Positions 40,856 to 51,209 of a stretch of 64,000 bases of DNA are shown here, in pieces (the stretch's first letter is position 1; each line of letters begins with the position of its first letter). The DNA is taken from positions 1 to 64,000 of IMG/VR virus record IMGVR_UViG_3300030107_006644. The stretch is one strand, 5' to 3'. The notes below the pieces were generated by a model. It was not told the DNA's origin and searched no databases. It was given only the letters and a program-made list of their open reading frames with translations. The translations under genes and the position numbers were made by a program.

Positions 40856-43800
40856 TGGCTAACTACAACGAAGAACAGAAGACATCAGTTGTTGAGAGCA
40901 AGCGAAAAAGAAAACCAAACGCCAATCGACAACTTAGAGATATTGAAGGCATGGTCGATTATAATGTTGATATTGCCTCCTTGTTTGCGATGGACTCGTT
41001 GCCAAACGTGGCAATTTCTAAGATTACATTAAGCGAGGGTCTTTCTGAAGATGCATTGCGAGAGATGTATGATAAGGACCCGCACATAGAGGAAGCTTCG
41101 GCGAAAGCACCAATAAAAGACAGGTACGGTAAAGAGAAGTTCCCAACTCCACGAAAAGAAGTAGATAGAAAAAACGTAGAGCAAAGTGTTTTATCCATTG
41201 ACGTCAAACTTACGATGAAAGAAATCATAGATGCTTCTGGTTATGGTGCGTGGTATGACAATCCGGATTTTCTAAAATATCTTAAAATTAGAGTTGTAAT
41301 GAGCACTAGCCGCTCTCTAACGGATCAGATTGTTAGGGGCGGAATGTTTCTGGATCCCTTGTATATCTCGAAATCTAGATATAAAAAGTATGCAAAGCAG
41401 AAAGAGTTGTCCGTAGAGGGCGAGATCAGCAAGGATATGAGTAAATACTTGTATTTTAAAACCCAAGATGGAAAGCATAAAATTTATGATATCCCCGTAC
41501 ACGTCAACTTTTTAACACAAGAGGCGAAACCAAAGCACGTTTCGGTATTTGCTGTGACTTATATAGATTCTGATCAGTTGGCAGCCGATTTCGGATGCGC
41601 AGCTGGCAACTTTTTAGCCACCGGCGCAAAAACTAAATATGGTATGATTGTTGGGGAAAACATCATAGATAAAGGGCGAACAAATAAAGTTTCTATTGCA
41701 TTTACAACCCCCGAAGGTAAAGTGTGGATGGGTCCAACATCTTATCGGCAAAACAGCAAAACGTATGCGACGAGCCGCTCTCGAAGTGCAAAAAAGCTGA
41801 AACACCAGCAATTGCCAAATGCTAAAATTGTAGACTTGAGAGATGCTTTAACTCCAGAAAAGGCACAGGCTGAGTTTACGATTATAGAGAACGAGGTGTT
41901 GAACTTGAATTTCGCATACTTGCAGCCAACAGTTATGGATCCTACAAGGATCAAAGAATACTTTACCGATCTGTTCCCGACCAAAGACAGATATGGAAAC
42001 TTTAGGGCAACATTCGGGTTTAATTACCAGAAGTTCTTAAAAGAGAACACAGAGTTTGGAAAGTTCTTTGATAATAAGAATCTCCCAATTTTACAAAATC
42101 TTTTTGAGTTGTGCGAGATAACGCAGATTCGCATCCTTCGAGAAAGAGTAAAAGATTTGCAGACGATCAATTCTTTAAATGTAGGTTTAGAAGGTCGTGT
42201 GTTATTTAGTCACCAACACCCTCACTTCATCAAGCAAGTGGTATCATACAGTGGTGATCGAAAGGGCGGAGAACTAAGCCCCGCGCGTATCATTGTCGAT
42301 GGGACCGAAAAGAGTGTTTCCGCCGGAGAACCACAATCTGAAATTGTTGGAGAGTTGGGGGTCAGAGGAAGTATTCAGCAGATTTCGGTTTTCCCTGAAA
42401 CATCAAATAAGATACGACATTTTTCGTTTGCAGATAAAGACATCTCTAAGGCTACTGATGGGCTGTATCGATATGGTGTTGAGATAGCTATATCTGATGG
42501 TACGCGAAAATATGTTGACAAGATAAAGCAAGATCTGCTAGTTGCAAAACAGCAACTTGAGGTTTATTACAATGAAGCTACAGCCAGAAAAGAAAATCAG
42601 CAAAACTATAACGACTTTAATAGAGGGTATACGAAAGAGTTCATCAGGTCCAAGTACGAACAGTATCCCCTACCCATTGATGGCGCAATAGCTTCAAATA
42701 CCTTTGTTACCGCTATGCCGTGGTCGGAGAACGCTGCTGCTCCCGTGGCACTACATGAGCATAAAATAATTATGGACTCGCAAGGAAACGGCAGAACCTC
42801 AACGAAAGATGGACATTATCACGTTATAACGGGGTTCGAGATAGGGAATGCAGTGGTGGACGGTAAGCCTGTGCCAAACTCACACACGCACCTTACAAAA
42901 ACAGTTGGAACAGTTTATGAATCACCATGGGTTCGACCCGTTCTTGCATATCTTGATTCTTTGGTTACGATTCTTGCTGGTACTCAAAAAATAAATGTAC
43001 AAAAAATATCTAAAGTCCTGTATTACATGCTAAGTCCAGAAACCGGAAATCCACATAATATCTTAAGGGTAATTAAACTGGTTGATAACCTTTACACGCA
43101 GCTGCAAAAAATAGGCTCTCCGCCAAAAAGATTAGATACTTGGGGAATTCGCAAGGTCGGCATCGATTCGGCTAGAAACTTAAGAGTGCATAAGTTTTTT
43201 GACTACATCTACGATACTAATTTTGAAAAACTGACCGGTTTTGATTATTTGAATAATATAGATTATATTGATGCTGGTCTTAAAATGATATCTGGCAAAG
43301 ATTTTATAAACCGCGCAGAAGCAGAGACCGGCAGATTTTTCTCGTCGACTTCTGCAAAAGATTTAAACATCAAGGGCAAATCAAGAACTTATGTAACGAA
43401 CGATACGTTAGTTAACACTGAGTTATCATTTTTATCGCCCGCTTCCGCTGCAATTGCTGGTTCGCAAATTTCGCTTTTAAAAGACGCTAGTTCGGTAGAG
43501 AACTCCGATTTGTTGCGTCAGGCCGAATCAAAAGTTTTGGAGCACAATTTTGCACCAGCCTTTAAGAGATCGAACGAGGGTTCAAGTAGAAACATTTCAG
43601 TATCAGATACGAGCAATAGCTTGTCAAAAGTGTTCGATAACTTAAACATAAAAGCAGAAACCCTTTTATCTAGAGCCGGCAATAATTTATTGTATTCTGG
43701 AGTTCTAAAGATGGATTGCTTAACGCCGGCCAGAAAATATTTAGGAGACTCTTCTAAGGCAATAAAGGAGGGCCTGCTTGTTGAGAGTTTGGTTGATGAT

Positions 43801-44649
43801 GAGCAACTTTTTACAGAAAGCGTTCTTGAAAACATTATGATGGCAACAAACGAGGTAATGCTGACAGTGCTAGAGCCAGTAAAAAATAGCATTGAAGATC
43901 CTTTTTCGTCGTATAATAATCCGTTTCGTTCTGCAGCTAGTTCGATGATTGACCACGCCGAAAACTTTAATCTTGAATCGCCGTTTAACTTTTTGACAGC
44001 TAAGGGGGTTTCCAACGCAGAGTTTAAAACGCTTCCTAACCAAATTAAAGCTTTGTTTACAAACGGATCCGTAAAAACGAATCTTTTGGCTCCAACCACG
44101 TCTACACTCAGCAAGCAGTCTAGACGATCATCGATGAGGTTCGGATATGACTTTATTAAAGCTGTAGAAGTTTTTGCTGGATATAAGGCATCCAAGACTG
44201 ATGCTAATCTAATCAAGGAAGCGATTTGGGAACCCCTGTCTTATGATATCTACAACAAAAGTTCCGGAAAGATTCTGTTGTGCCGTTTGCGAAGTTACGA
44301 AAATACTAAGGTTAACATTAGATACAAGCACGCATCTGCTCTTCCAACTTACGATGAGCACTTCTTTTTGAGACCGGGCGCCCCAGTCAATGTTAAGTTT
44401 ACTGTAGCAAACTCTGAAAGGTTGGTGAGTTATAGCAATAAGATATCAAAAAATGAGAAGACAGTTAGAGAAACCGTGCTTCAAAGTCTTGAATTAGCAC
44501 AAACTAAAGACACGAATATCTTGGGTTCCAATATGCCGATTACCCAGCCATCACAACGAGTGCGTTCGGGTAATTTTAAATCCAAACAAAAAGCTACTGG
44601 CGCCGCTGAATCGCGTTCTGCCGCCGCACCAACCATGGGAGATTACTGA
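40855..44649 (+). CDS. Large hypothetical virion protein with His-x-His repeat insert
   Basis: Long ORF (track start 40846; GTG 40855 preferred, TAGTG overlap and GAGGAG RBS); HEH..HYH..HTH segment. Confidence 0.55.
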   Translation: MANYNEEQKTSVVESKRKRKPNANRQLRDIEGMVDYNVDIASLFAMDSLPNVAISKITLSEGLSEDALREMYDKDPHIEEASAKAPIKDRYGKEKFPTPRKEVDRKNVEQSVLSIDVKLTMKEIIDASGYGAWYDNPDFLKYLKIRVVMSTSRSLTDQIVRGGMFLDPLYISKSRYKKYAKQKELSVEGEISKDMSKYLYFKTQDGKHKIYDIPVHVNFLTQEAKPKHVSVFAVTYIDSDQLAADFGCAAGNFLATGAKTKYGMIVGENIIDKGRTNKVSIAFTTPEGKVWMGPTSYRQNSKTYATSRSRSAKKLKHQQLPNAKIVDLRDALTPEKAQAEFTIIENEVLNLNFAYLQPTVMDPTRIKEYFTDLFPTKDRYGNFRATFGFNYQKFLKENTEFGKFFDNKNLPILQNLFELCEITQIRILRERVKDLQTINSLNVGLEGRVLFSHQHPHFIKQVVSYSGDRKGGELSPARIIVDGTEKSVSAGEPQSEIVGELGVRGSIQQISVFPETSNKIRHFSFADKDISKATDGLYRYGVEIAISDGTRKYVDKIKQDLLVAKQQLEVYYNEATARKENQQNYNDFNRGYTKEFIRSKYEQYPLPIDGAIASNTFVTAMPWSENAAAPVALHEHKIIMDSQGNGRTSTKDGHYHVITGFEIGNAVVDGKPVPNSHTHLTKTVGTVYESPWVRPVLAYLDSLVTILAGTQKINVQKISKVLYYMLSPETGNPHNILRVIKLVDNLYTQLQKIGSPPKRLDTWGIRKVGIDSARNLRVHKFFDYIYDTNFEKLTGFDYLNNIDYIDAGLKMISGKDFINRAEAETGRFFSSTSAKDLNIKGKSRTYVTNDTLVNTELSFLSPASAAIAGSQISLLKDASSVENSDLLRQAESKVLEHNFAPAFKRSNEGSSRNISVSDTSNSLSKVFDNLNIKAETLLSRAGNNLLYSGVLKMDCLTPARKYLGDSSKAIKEGLLVESLVDDEQLFTESVLENIMMATNEVMLTVLEPVKNSIEDPFSSYNNPFRSAASSMIDHAENFNLESPFNFLTAKGVSNAEFKTLPNQIKALFTNGSVKTNLLAPTTSTLSKQSRRSSMRFGYDFIKAVEVFAGYKASKTDANLIKEAIWEPLSYDIYNKSSGKILLCRLRSYENTKVNIRYKHASALPTYDEHFFLRPGAPVNVKFTVANSERLVSYSNKISKNEKTVRETVLQSLELAQTKDTNILGSNMPITQPSQRVRSGNFKSKQKATGAAESRSAAAPTMGDY

Positions 44650-47261
44650 TGTCGATATCAAAAGCAAAGACAATTGTAAATATAGAAAACTTTGAACAAT
44701 CGGCAGATTCGGCAAGACAAGTGACGAACAAGTATTGGACTACCGACAAAAATAGAGCGTTTCCGTATTTTAAAAAAGATGATCTAGATTCCGATGAGTC
44801 GGTCGAGGTGCCTGTCGAGATACAGATTGTAAAAGAACCAAAGTGGAATGCTTCTCACCCATTTTATGAAATAGAGCAGGAAATTTCATTTCGAGCTTCT
44901 TCAGCCCTTCTTGTCGATAGTGAAGATCCGGCAACCGATTGGGTCACCTTTGTAACTCAGGAGTTGTTCCCAGACTATTCAGAAACTAGCGATATCGCCT
45001 CTAAAATATATCACGATTACGTTTTCGACGTAAAAGTTCCATATGGTGAGCGAGAGATGAAGGATTTAAGTCTTGTGCAAAACGCATATTTTGCCGATGT
45101 AAAATCGGTTTACAACTTTTATGTAGAAAAATATGAAAAAGCGATGATCGAAACAGATCTGGCAGAACAACTGATGCCGAATCTTTATTCAATCAAATTA
45201 GACGCTCAAGTAAAACGAAAGAACGTAAAAGATCACAAAACCAAAGCTGTCGAGACCGATATGTCTACGCTAAACACGCTCATGGGCGAAATGCCGGAAA
45301 ACTATATAAACATCTTTCAACAAAAGAGAGACAGAACTCCGGACACCTATTTCGAACAAAAGGCCAATAATCAGAAGTACTTTGAAAATATTTTAAAATT
45401 TGCCAAAGCGGCCAAAGAAAATGATCCCGAAGGTGTAAAAAATGTGATAAGCAAGTTCTCAAAAATGGGACTAACGGCCGGGATGGTCGATCAGTTAGCT
45501 GAGTTTAACGAGCGTTCGAGCCTATACATGCTTCCAATGTATGCGTCGATTGACTTTAAAACAGATGGTTCTACGGTATTCGCCGAGGTTTTCAGAGAAA
45601 GCGACTTACAGACTTCTCTAATGAAGTATATGATGCGTTCTGACTCCGCAGGTGCAATGAAGCCTATGCAGGTTCATGAATCAGAGGAAAAGATAGTACA
45701 GCACTTAAAAACTTCGAATAAGAAATATGAAACCAAGCCTCGCCGTGCCCTTCTTCACAAAGAGCGTTCCCGACCATCAATAGATGTTTTAAGCTGGTGG
45801 GTCAGTCATCAGCAAGGCACAACATCGGCCGACTCTTTGCCGCTTAAAGAGGGGGTAATTTTGGATGAAGCAGAGCATGTTTCGACGTCCAATAATCCTT
45901 ATCGAACCAATTTGGAGAAACAAATCTCTAATATGGTTTTCCATAACAAATTTAGAAAACTTATAACCGGATACTCTAGAGATTATGAAGACCTGCTCAA
46001 CGGAGCCCGGGCATATTCTGAGACTCTTATGTATAAGATACAAAAGTTTGTTGGCAATCCTAGGGGCGCCCCAATCCAGACTTACTATTTGTGCAACTCG
46101 GAAAACACAGACATAGTAAACTTTATTGACACACAGGTCAAGTACGACAACGTGTATACTTATGTAATTAGCGCATATCAGATTGTGCTGGGCACTCAAT
46201 ACTATTATAAGAATGTAAAGTACGGTGTAACTTTGTCAAATACAGGTAGAGAAGTAGAAGAAGAGCTGTCCGACGTGGACAAATACGACTACTATGCGTC
46301 TGCAGTAGCTGTTGTGAGGCCTTCCGTTAAAATCGTAGAAGTGCCAATTTTCGCAGAAACGCAGAGAATTGTAGATACACCACCAGTCGCGCCGAATATT
46401 GATATCGTACCATACCGCGCGGTTAACGATAGGCTCTTGTTTAATCTCAACGCTGGGTTCGATGATTATAATATAATGCCACCAATCCTTAACAAACAAG
46501 ATCAAAGGATGTATGATAAGATCAGGATGAATCAAAAGCTTCATCATGATGAACCTATACGGTTTAAAAGTGATGATCCTTCATCTGCGTTCGAAGTATT
46601 CAGAATCACCAGAAAGCCAAAGTCTTATCTAGACTTTCGTGGAGCACTTCGCGCAACCGTACATACAGATGTTTCTGCCGAGACGATACAAAAGGCCTCA
46701 GCAGCATCATATATTGAGAGGCTGAAGCCTAACGTCAAGTATTATTATATGTTCCGCGCTATCGACATTCATGGCTATCTATCTAATCCTACGCCAGTAT
46801 ACGAGGTAGAATTGGTCGATAATGCCGGGAATACCTTTCCGATAGTCAAAGCAATCGAATTTGAGCCTATGATACCATACACGAATAACAAGAAAATGAA
46901 AAAATACCTACACATCATGCCGACAATATTGCAATCAGCACTGAATGAAGAGAGGACTGGCTTAATAGATGATGCGGGTGAAAGGGCGGAGACAGCACAC
47001 GTTGCAGGGAACAACATATTTATTGGAAAAGCAGAGGAAGACGTGTGGAACAAGAGATTTAAAATTCGACTTACATCTAGACAGACAGGAAGAAAAATTG
47101 ACCTTAATGTAGGCTTCAGCTATAAGCATGTTGCTGACGAAGAGCAGTACAAAAATGAGGTAGAGATAGCTCAATATTTGCAAGAGAGGCAAAAAAACTC
47201 TCAACTAGTCATAGATATATCGGAGCTAACATCAGATACTCTTGAGTTATATGATAGATAG
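44649..47261 (+). CDS. Hypothetical virion protein (870 aa) with FN3/Ig-like C-terminal region
   Basis: FIDTQVKYDNVYTYVI and LKPNVKYYYMFRAID..G..SNP resemble FN3-type strands; TGATG coupling. Confidence 0.5.
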   Translation: MSISKAKTIVNIENFEQSADSARQVTNKYWTTDKNRAFPYFKKDDLDSDESVEVPVEIQIVKEPKWNASHPFYEIEQEISFRASSALLVDSEDPATDWVTFVTQELFPDYSETSDIASKIYHDYVFDVKVPYGEREMKDLSLVQNAYFADVKSVYNFYVEKYEKAMIETDLAEQLMPNLYSIKLDAQVKRKNVKDHKTKAVETDMSTLNTLMGEMPENYINIFQQKRDRTPDTYFEQKANNQKYFENILKFAKAAKENDPEGVKNVISKFSKMGLTAGMVDQLAEFNERSSLYMLPMYASIDFKTDGSTVFAEVFRESDLQTSLMKYMMRSDSAGAMKPMQVHESEEKIVQHLKTSNKKYETKPRRALLHKERSRPSIDVLSWWVSHQQGTTSADSLPLKEGVILDEAEHVSTSNNPYRTNLEKQISNMVFHNKFRKLITGYSRDYEDLLNGARAYSETLMYKIQKFVGNPRGAPIQTYYLCNSENTDIVNFIDTQVKYDNVYTYVISAYQIVLGTQYYYKNVKYGVTLSNTGREVEEELSDVDKYDYYASAVAVVRPSVKIVEVPIFAETQRIVDTPPVAPNIDIVPYRAVNDRLLFNLNAGFDDYNIMPPILNKQDQRMYDKIRMNQKLHHDEPIRFKSDDPSSAFEVFRITRKPKSYLDFRGALRATVHTDVSAETIQKASAASYIERLKPNVKYYYMFRAIDIHGYLSNPTPVYEVELVDNAGNTFPIVKAIEFEPMIPYTNNKKMKKYLHIMPTILQSALNEERTGLIDDAGERAETAHVAGNNIFIGKAEEDVWNKRFKIRLTSRQTGRKIDLNVGFSYKHVADEEQYKNEVEIAQYLQERQKNSQLVIDISELTSDTLELYDR

Positions 47262-47294
47262 GATAAAAAAATAAGACATTTGTAGAGAGAAATA

Positions 47295-47302
47295 CTAATT
47301 AT
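47295..47302 (+). promoter_or_regulatory. Candidate late-promoter motif CTAATTAT
   Basis: Intergenic, 20 nt before the ATG of a virion gene; matches the recurrent CTA(T/C/A)TTA motif. Confidence 0.35.
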
Positions 47303-47322
47303 TTAGCAGGGAGAAACAATAG

Positions 47323-48255
47323 ATGGCATTTTTAGACAATTCAGGCGATATCATTTTGGACGCAGTTCTAACCGACACGGGAAGGATGAGATTGGCCCGT
47401 GGAGATGGTTCGTTTAAAATAGTGAAGTTCGCATTGGGAGATGACGAAATTAACTATGAAAATTACAACTCCACACACGAAAACGGTTCAGCATATTACG
47501 ATTTAGAGATTATGCAGACGCCGATTTTAGAAGCATTTACCAACAATGCATCGTCTATGAAATCTAAACTCATGTCGATTTCCAGAAACGATCTGCTTTA
47601 TATGCCGATTCTAAAGCTCAACTCGCTTGCTGCTGCAACCGCGCAAACCACTTCTGGTGGCTTTTATGTGGCTGTCGACACAGATACGGAGAATGTTTTA
47701 GTTGGCGGATCCTCACGAATTGATGGAATTCTTTCTGGCGTATCCAGAGGCGGAAACTTCGTTCACGTTGATCAGGGAATCGACGGTCAGGATGACAGCG
47801 GAAATCCAGTAATCTCACCCGCACAAGCACTAGATGCTGACTTGGTAGAGACGCAATATGCTATTGAAATTGACAACAGGCTTGGTTCTATTAAGTCTGT
47901 AAATGATAATCTAGCATCAGTTTCGTTCATTGATGATGATAACATTGCTAGCTACTACCTTGCACTGGGTTCAGATACCGAATATGTAGTCGAAAACAAG
48001 AACAGAGAGGTTTCAAACAAAGAGGTAATTGTTGGTCCGCGTGGAACAACGCTCAAGCTAGCCATTCAGGCTTCGTTAGAGTTGAACACTAGTACATACT
48101 TGTTTTCGAGATTAGGCAGCACCTTCACGATGACGGGAAATGACGGCACTACCAGTTATACTTTTTATTACATTGATTCAACTGTTCGTGTGGTGGGAGC
48201 AACAACGGGACACTCAATTGACATTCCCGTTAGATTCGTTAAGAAATATTCATAA
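47323..48255 (+). CDS. Virion structural protein (baseplate/tail-collar-like N-terminus)
   Basis: MAFLDNSGDIILDAVLTDTGR..LA.G..F.IVKFALGDDEINY resembles the LT..G...LA...FA.GD start of tail-collar/fibre attachment domains; GGGAG RBS. Confidence 0.6.
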   Translation: MAFLDNSGDIILDAVLTDTGRMRLARGDGSFKIVKFALGDDEINYENYNSTHENGSAYYDLEIMQTPILEAFTNNASSMKSKLMSISRNDLLYMPILKLNSLAAATAQTTSGGFYVAVDTDTENVLVGGSSRIDGILSGVSRGGNFVHVDQGIDGQDDSGNPVISPAQALDADLVETQYAIEIDNRLGSIKSVNDNLASVSFIDDDNIASYYLALGSDTEYVVENKNREVSNKEVIVGPRGTTLKLAIQASLELNTSTYLFSRLGSTFTMTGNDGTTSYTFYYIDSTVRVVGATTGHSIDIPVRFVKKYS

Positions 48256-48277
48256 GAGCTAAAATAGGAATTTTAAA

Positions 48278-49396
48278 ATGGCAACAGTATATAAATCACT
48301 TTTAAACAGCGACATAGTGTCAACAAGGACGTTATTGCACGAAGCAATTCCGATTACGGGCTCGATAGTATCTGGCACGTATATCGAGGGAGCCGCAGCT
48401 AGTCAGGTTGAGGTCAACGTCAAAAATTACGCACACGGCATGTTTCAGTCCGTGTATGACTATCCATATCTTAGCTCGTCCGCAAACCACATATTAGATA
48501 TTACAGCAGGGTATGCGGCCTCGTCGGGCCTGTCTTCTTCGACAAATATCCAAAATAGCAAAAAGATTAACGTTTATAGTCAGATGGCTCAAGTTCTAAT
48601 GGGTTATGACTATACCGGTTCAATTCAGCCGTTCGATGAAGATATGGACTTGGTTGCCGGCGGAACAAAGCTGAATGAGTGTTACTTCCTCAACTTCTCC
48701 AGACTATTGGTCAAAGATGAAATCAAGAAAGGGTCTTTCAAGCTGGATCTGGGGGTCACAAACGCCTACAATGCCCCATTCTCTAATGTATTGACCGTTC
48801 ATGATATATCGGCGTCCAATTCCTTTAGAACGTCTCACAACGGCGAAGTGGGAATCTTAGAGGCTATAGATAAAATTGGAACATGTCTGCAAACTCAGAA
48901 TGTAAAATGCGGACTTATCTTTTATCAGGCCGGAGTTGTGGTACTTAGCTCGTCTATCTTTCAGAGTACAACCCATGGAGGTCTTCTCGCCACTGGCGCC
49001 GGCAATACCGCTCAGTTGCGATATTGGTATGATGGATCGTCGTGGCAGCATCAGCTTCCCAAAGCCGCATTTACAGGCTCTTCAGTTTCCGGATCTGCAG
49101 ACGGAGTTCGAAACCGTATTTACAACATTCACTTTAATAACACTACTGAACTTAATTCTACAGTGTATTTCTGCCGAGTCAACCACAATGACTACAACTA
49201 TAGTTCAAATCCGACCTATCTCAAGAATAGCAAGATCCGCGTTAAGAACACTCGTTCAGATAGTCCAACCTCTTACATTACCACTGTGGGTCTATATTCG
49301 GCAGACAACGAACTGTTGGCTGTGGCCAAGCTGTCAGAGCCGCTGAAGAAGGATCCAACAACCGAGCTAACGCTACGTGTTCGTTTGGATTATTAA
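48278..49396 (+). CDS. Virion structural protein, paralogue of 49454
   Basis: IKKGSF, G.IFY..G, NYSSNPT, C-terminal YITTVGLY..DNELLAVAKLSEPLKK..T.RVRLDY. Confidence 0.65.
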   Translation: MATVYKSLLNSDIVSTRTLLHEAIPITGSIVSGTYIEGAAASQVEVNVKNYAHGMFQSVYDYPYLSSSANHILDITAGYAASSGLSSSTNIQNSKKINVYSQMAQVLMGYDYTGSIQPFDEDMDLVAGGTKLNECYFLNFSRLLVKDEIKKGSFKLDLGVTNAYNAPFSNVLTVHDISASNSFRTSHNGEVGILEAIDKIGTCLQTQNVKCGLIFYQAGVVVLSSSIFQSTTHGGLLATGAGNTAQLRYWYDGSSWQHQLPKAAFTGSSVSGSADGVRNRIYNIHFNNTTELNSTVYFCRVNHNDYNYSSNPTYLKNSKIRVKNTRSDSPTSYITTVGLYSADNELLAVAKLSEPLKKDPTTELTLRVRLDY

Positions 49397-49453
49397 AGTA
49401 GGCTTTATTACGACAGCATTTACAAAATCATAATAGAAAGCTAATTAAAGCAA

Positions 49454-50662
49454 ATGTCGTTTTACAAGTTCAAACAAAAAGATATATTAAGAAGTACGAT
49501 CAAGGCTCACCCACTATGTGAGTTTACGATCTATAGTGGAAGCATATATCACAATCGTCGGCACCAAATTTCCGGTGCCTTTGTGCCGTCAGTTCCAAAC
49601 TGCTTGCCGGGCGAGCTTAGTTTGTACGAATTAAACGTTGATAGAACAGCGGCTGAAACGGGAATGATATACCCGTTCATTACCAAAGACGGGTCGCTAA
49701 GCTCGTTTAAGACAGTTTCAGCAACAAGTTTTCATACTACGTTTGGCTATGGAGACGAAATAACTGGCAGCTATCCGATGACAGCCAGTATTTCAAGAGA
49801 ATACTTTGATGTTGATAACGTCTCGACAGCCAGAAAGCACATTCAGGCTTTAAAGAGTACGTTTGAACATTATAGACTTTTAAGCCCGCATTTTGAATAC
49901 TCTTCTAGCTTGGGCGATAAAGACACTCAAGAACTGGCGCTTATCAGTATTCCATCTATTTTTTATGGCTCTAGGATAAAGAAGGGAACAGTTAACTTAA
50001 GGTATTATATAACCGGCACTTTAGTGGCTCAGGCAAACGATGAGAAGCAAAACGGCGAACTAATTCAAGTTGGACCAGTAGGCTCAAATGGTTCTGGATC
50101 GGTCGCTGGACAAGTCTTATATAACGAGGGTTTTTTACTTATGACAGGCTCTTGGCAAGTTGAGAAAGACGCATCGATAACTAGAGACTATATTGATAAC
50201 CCTGCAGATTTGAAAAAGTCTGCTTGGGTATATTTTGGAACAGCAGCAGGAAACGACGGCTTCAGCGGCACGGGCACAAATAGCCCACTGGTTTCGGCTA
50301 GCTATTCTATAGAATTCGAGGGCACCTCTTATATTCCAACTTTGATGATGTTAGCTCATGCAGAAGAGGGAGAACTTAACTACTCCAATAACCCAACATT
50401 TGTAACTTATGGACAACTTGGATCGAAATCGGCCGCAACAGGCTCACACAGATATGTTCAGAATTCAAGTATAAAGCTGGTTAACACCCTTTCCTCTTCA
50501 TATAAGGGTTACGAAGAGGAGGAGTATGAAAGGCAGACATTTATTACAAAAATCGGCATTTATGACGAGGACAAGAATTTAATTGCCGTGGCCAATTTGG
50601 CGACTCCGGTAAAGAAACCGGAAGGACAAGGATACACATTTAAGCTAAAGCTTGATTTTTAA
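49454..50662 (+). CDS. Virion structural protein, paralogue of 48278
   Basis: IKKGTV, G.VLYNEG, NYSNNPT, C-terminal FITKIGIYDEDKNLIAVANLATPVKK..TFKLKLDF. Confidence 0.65.
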   Translation: MSFYKFKQKDILRSTIKAHPLCEFTIYSGSIYHNRRHQISGAFVPSVPNCLPGELSLYELNVDRTAAETGMIYPFITKDGSLSSFKTVSATSFHTTFGYGDEITGSYPMTASISREYFDVDNVSTARKHIQALKSTFEHYRLLSPHFEYSSSLGDKDTQELALISIPSIFYGSRIKKGTVNLRYYITGTLVAQANDEKQNGELIQVGPVGSNGSGSVAGQVLYNEGFLLMTGSWQVEKDASITRDYIDNPADLKKSAWVYFGTAAGNDGFSGTGTNSPLVSASYSIEFEGTSYIPTLMMLAHAEEGELNYSNNPTFVTYGQLGSKSAATGSHRYVQNSSIKLVNTLSSSYKGYEEEEYERQTFITKIGIYDEDKNLIAVANLATPVKKPEGQGYTFKLKLDF

Positions 50663-50663
50663 T

Positions 50664-51185
50664 ATGATACTAGGACTTGATATAAGTTCTTCAAGAGTCG
50701 GAATAGCCTTAATGGATGGTGAAAAGATAATCATCAACGAGGTTATGAAGTTTAAGAGCGGTATGTCTCTTGAGGAACGCGCCCAGAAATTCGAACAACG
50801 TATGGTTGAAATTGAAGGCCATTACGTACCGTATGAATTATACATAGAAAAGCCGGCGACAATGTTCAAGGGCGGTAAAACAACAGCGCACACAATGGCC
50901 ATACTGCAAAGGTTTAATGGCATGTGTAGTTATATCGCCTATAAAGTGTTCGATCTGGAGCCGGTAATGGTAAATCCACGCTCTGCCCGTTCCAAGCTGG
51001 GAATTAAGGTTCCACCTCGAACACCTAGCAAGGAAATGAAAAAGATGATTATCGAGCATATTTCTACGAGGTTCCCAAAACAGTTTAAATATGAGCTAAC
51101 CGTGCATGGCAATCCCCGCCCGGGTACAGATGATCGAGCCGATGCGATAGTTGTAGCTTTGGCCGGCCCACTGCTTGACAACTGA
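50664..51185 (+). CDS. RuvC-like Holliday junction resolvase
   Basis: MILGLDISSSRVG, YIE, DDRADAIVVA catalytic motifs. Start moved from 50652 to ATG 50664. Confidence 0.8.
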   Translation: MILGLDISSSRVGIALMDGEKIIINEVMKFKSGMSLEERAQKFEQRMVEIEGHYVPYELYIEKPATMFKGGKTTAHTMAILQRFNGMCSYIAYKVFDLEPVMVNPRSARSKLGIKVPPRTPSKEMKKMIIEHISTRFPKQFKYELTVHGNPRPGTDDRADAIVVALAGPLLDN

Positions 51186-51203
51186 TAAAGCCTGTGTTAT
51201 ATT
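51175..51203 (+). promoter_or_regulatory. sigma70-type promoter (TTGACA-N17-TATATT, extended TG) for primase
   Basis: Perfect -35, 17-nt spacer, TGn-TATATT; ATG begins 7 nt after the -10 with no SD. Confidence 0.75.
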
Positions 51204-51209
51204 GATAGC

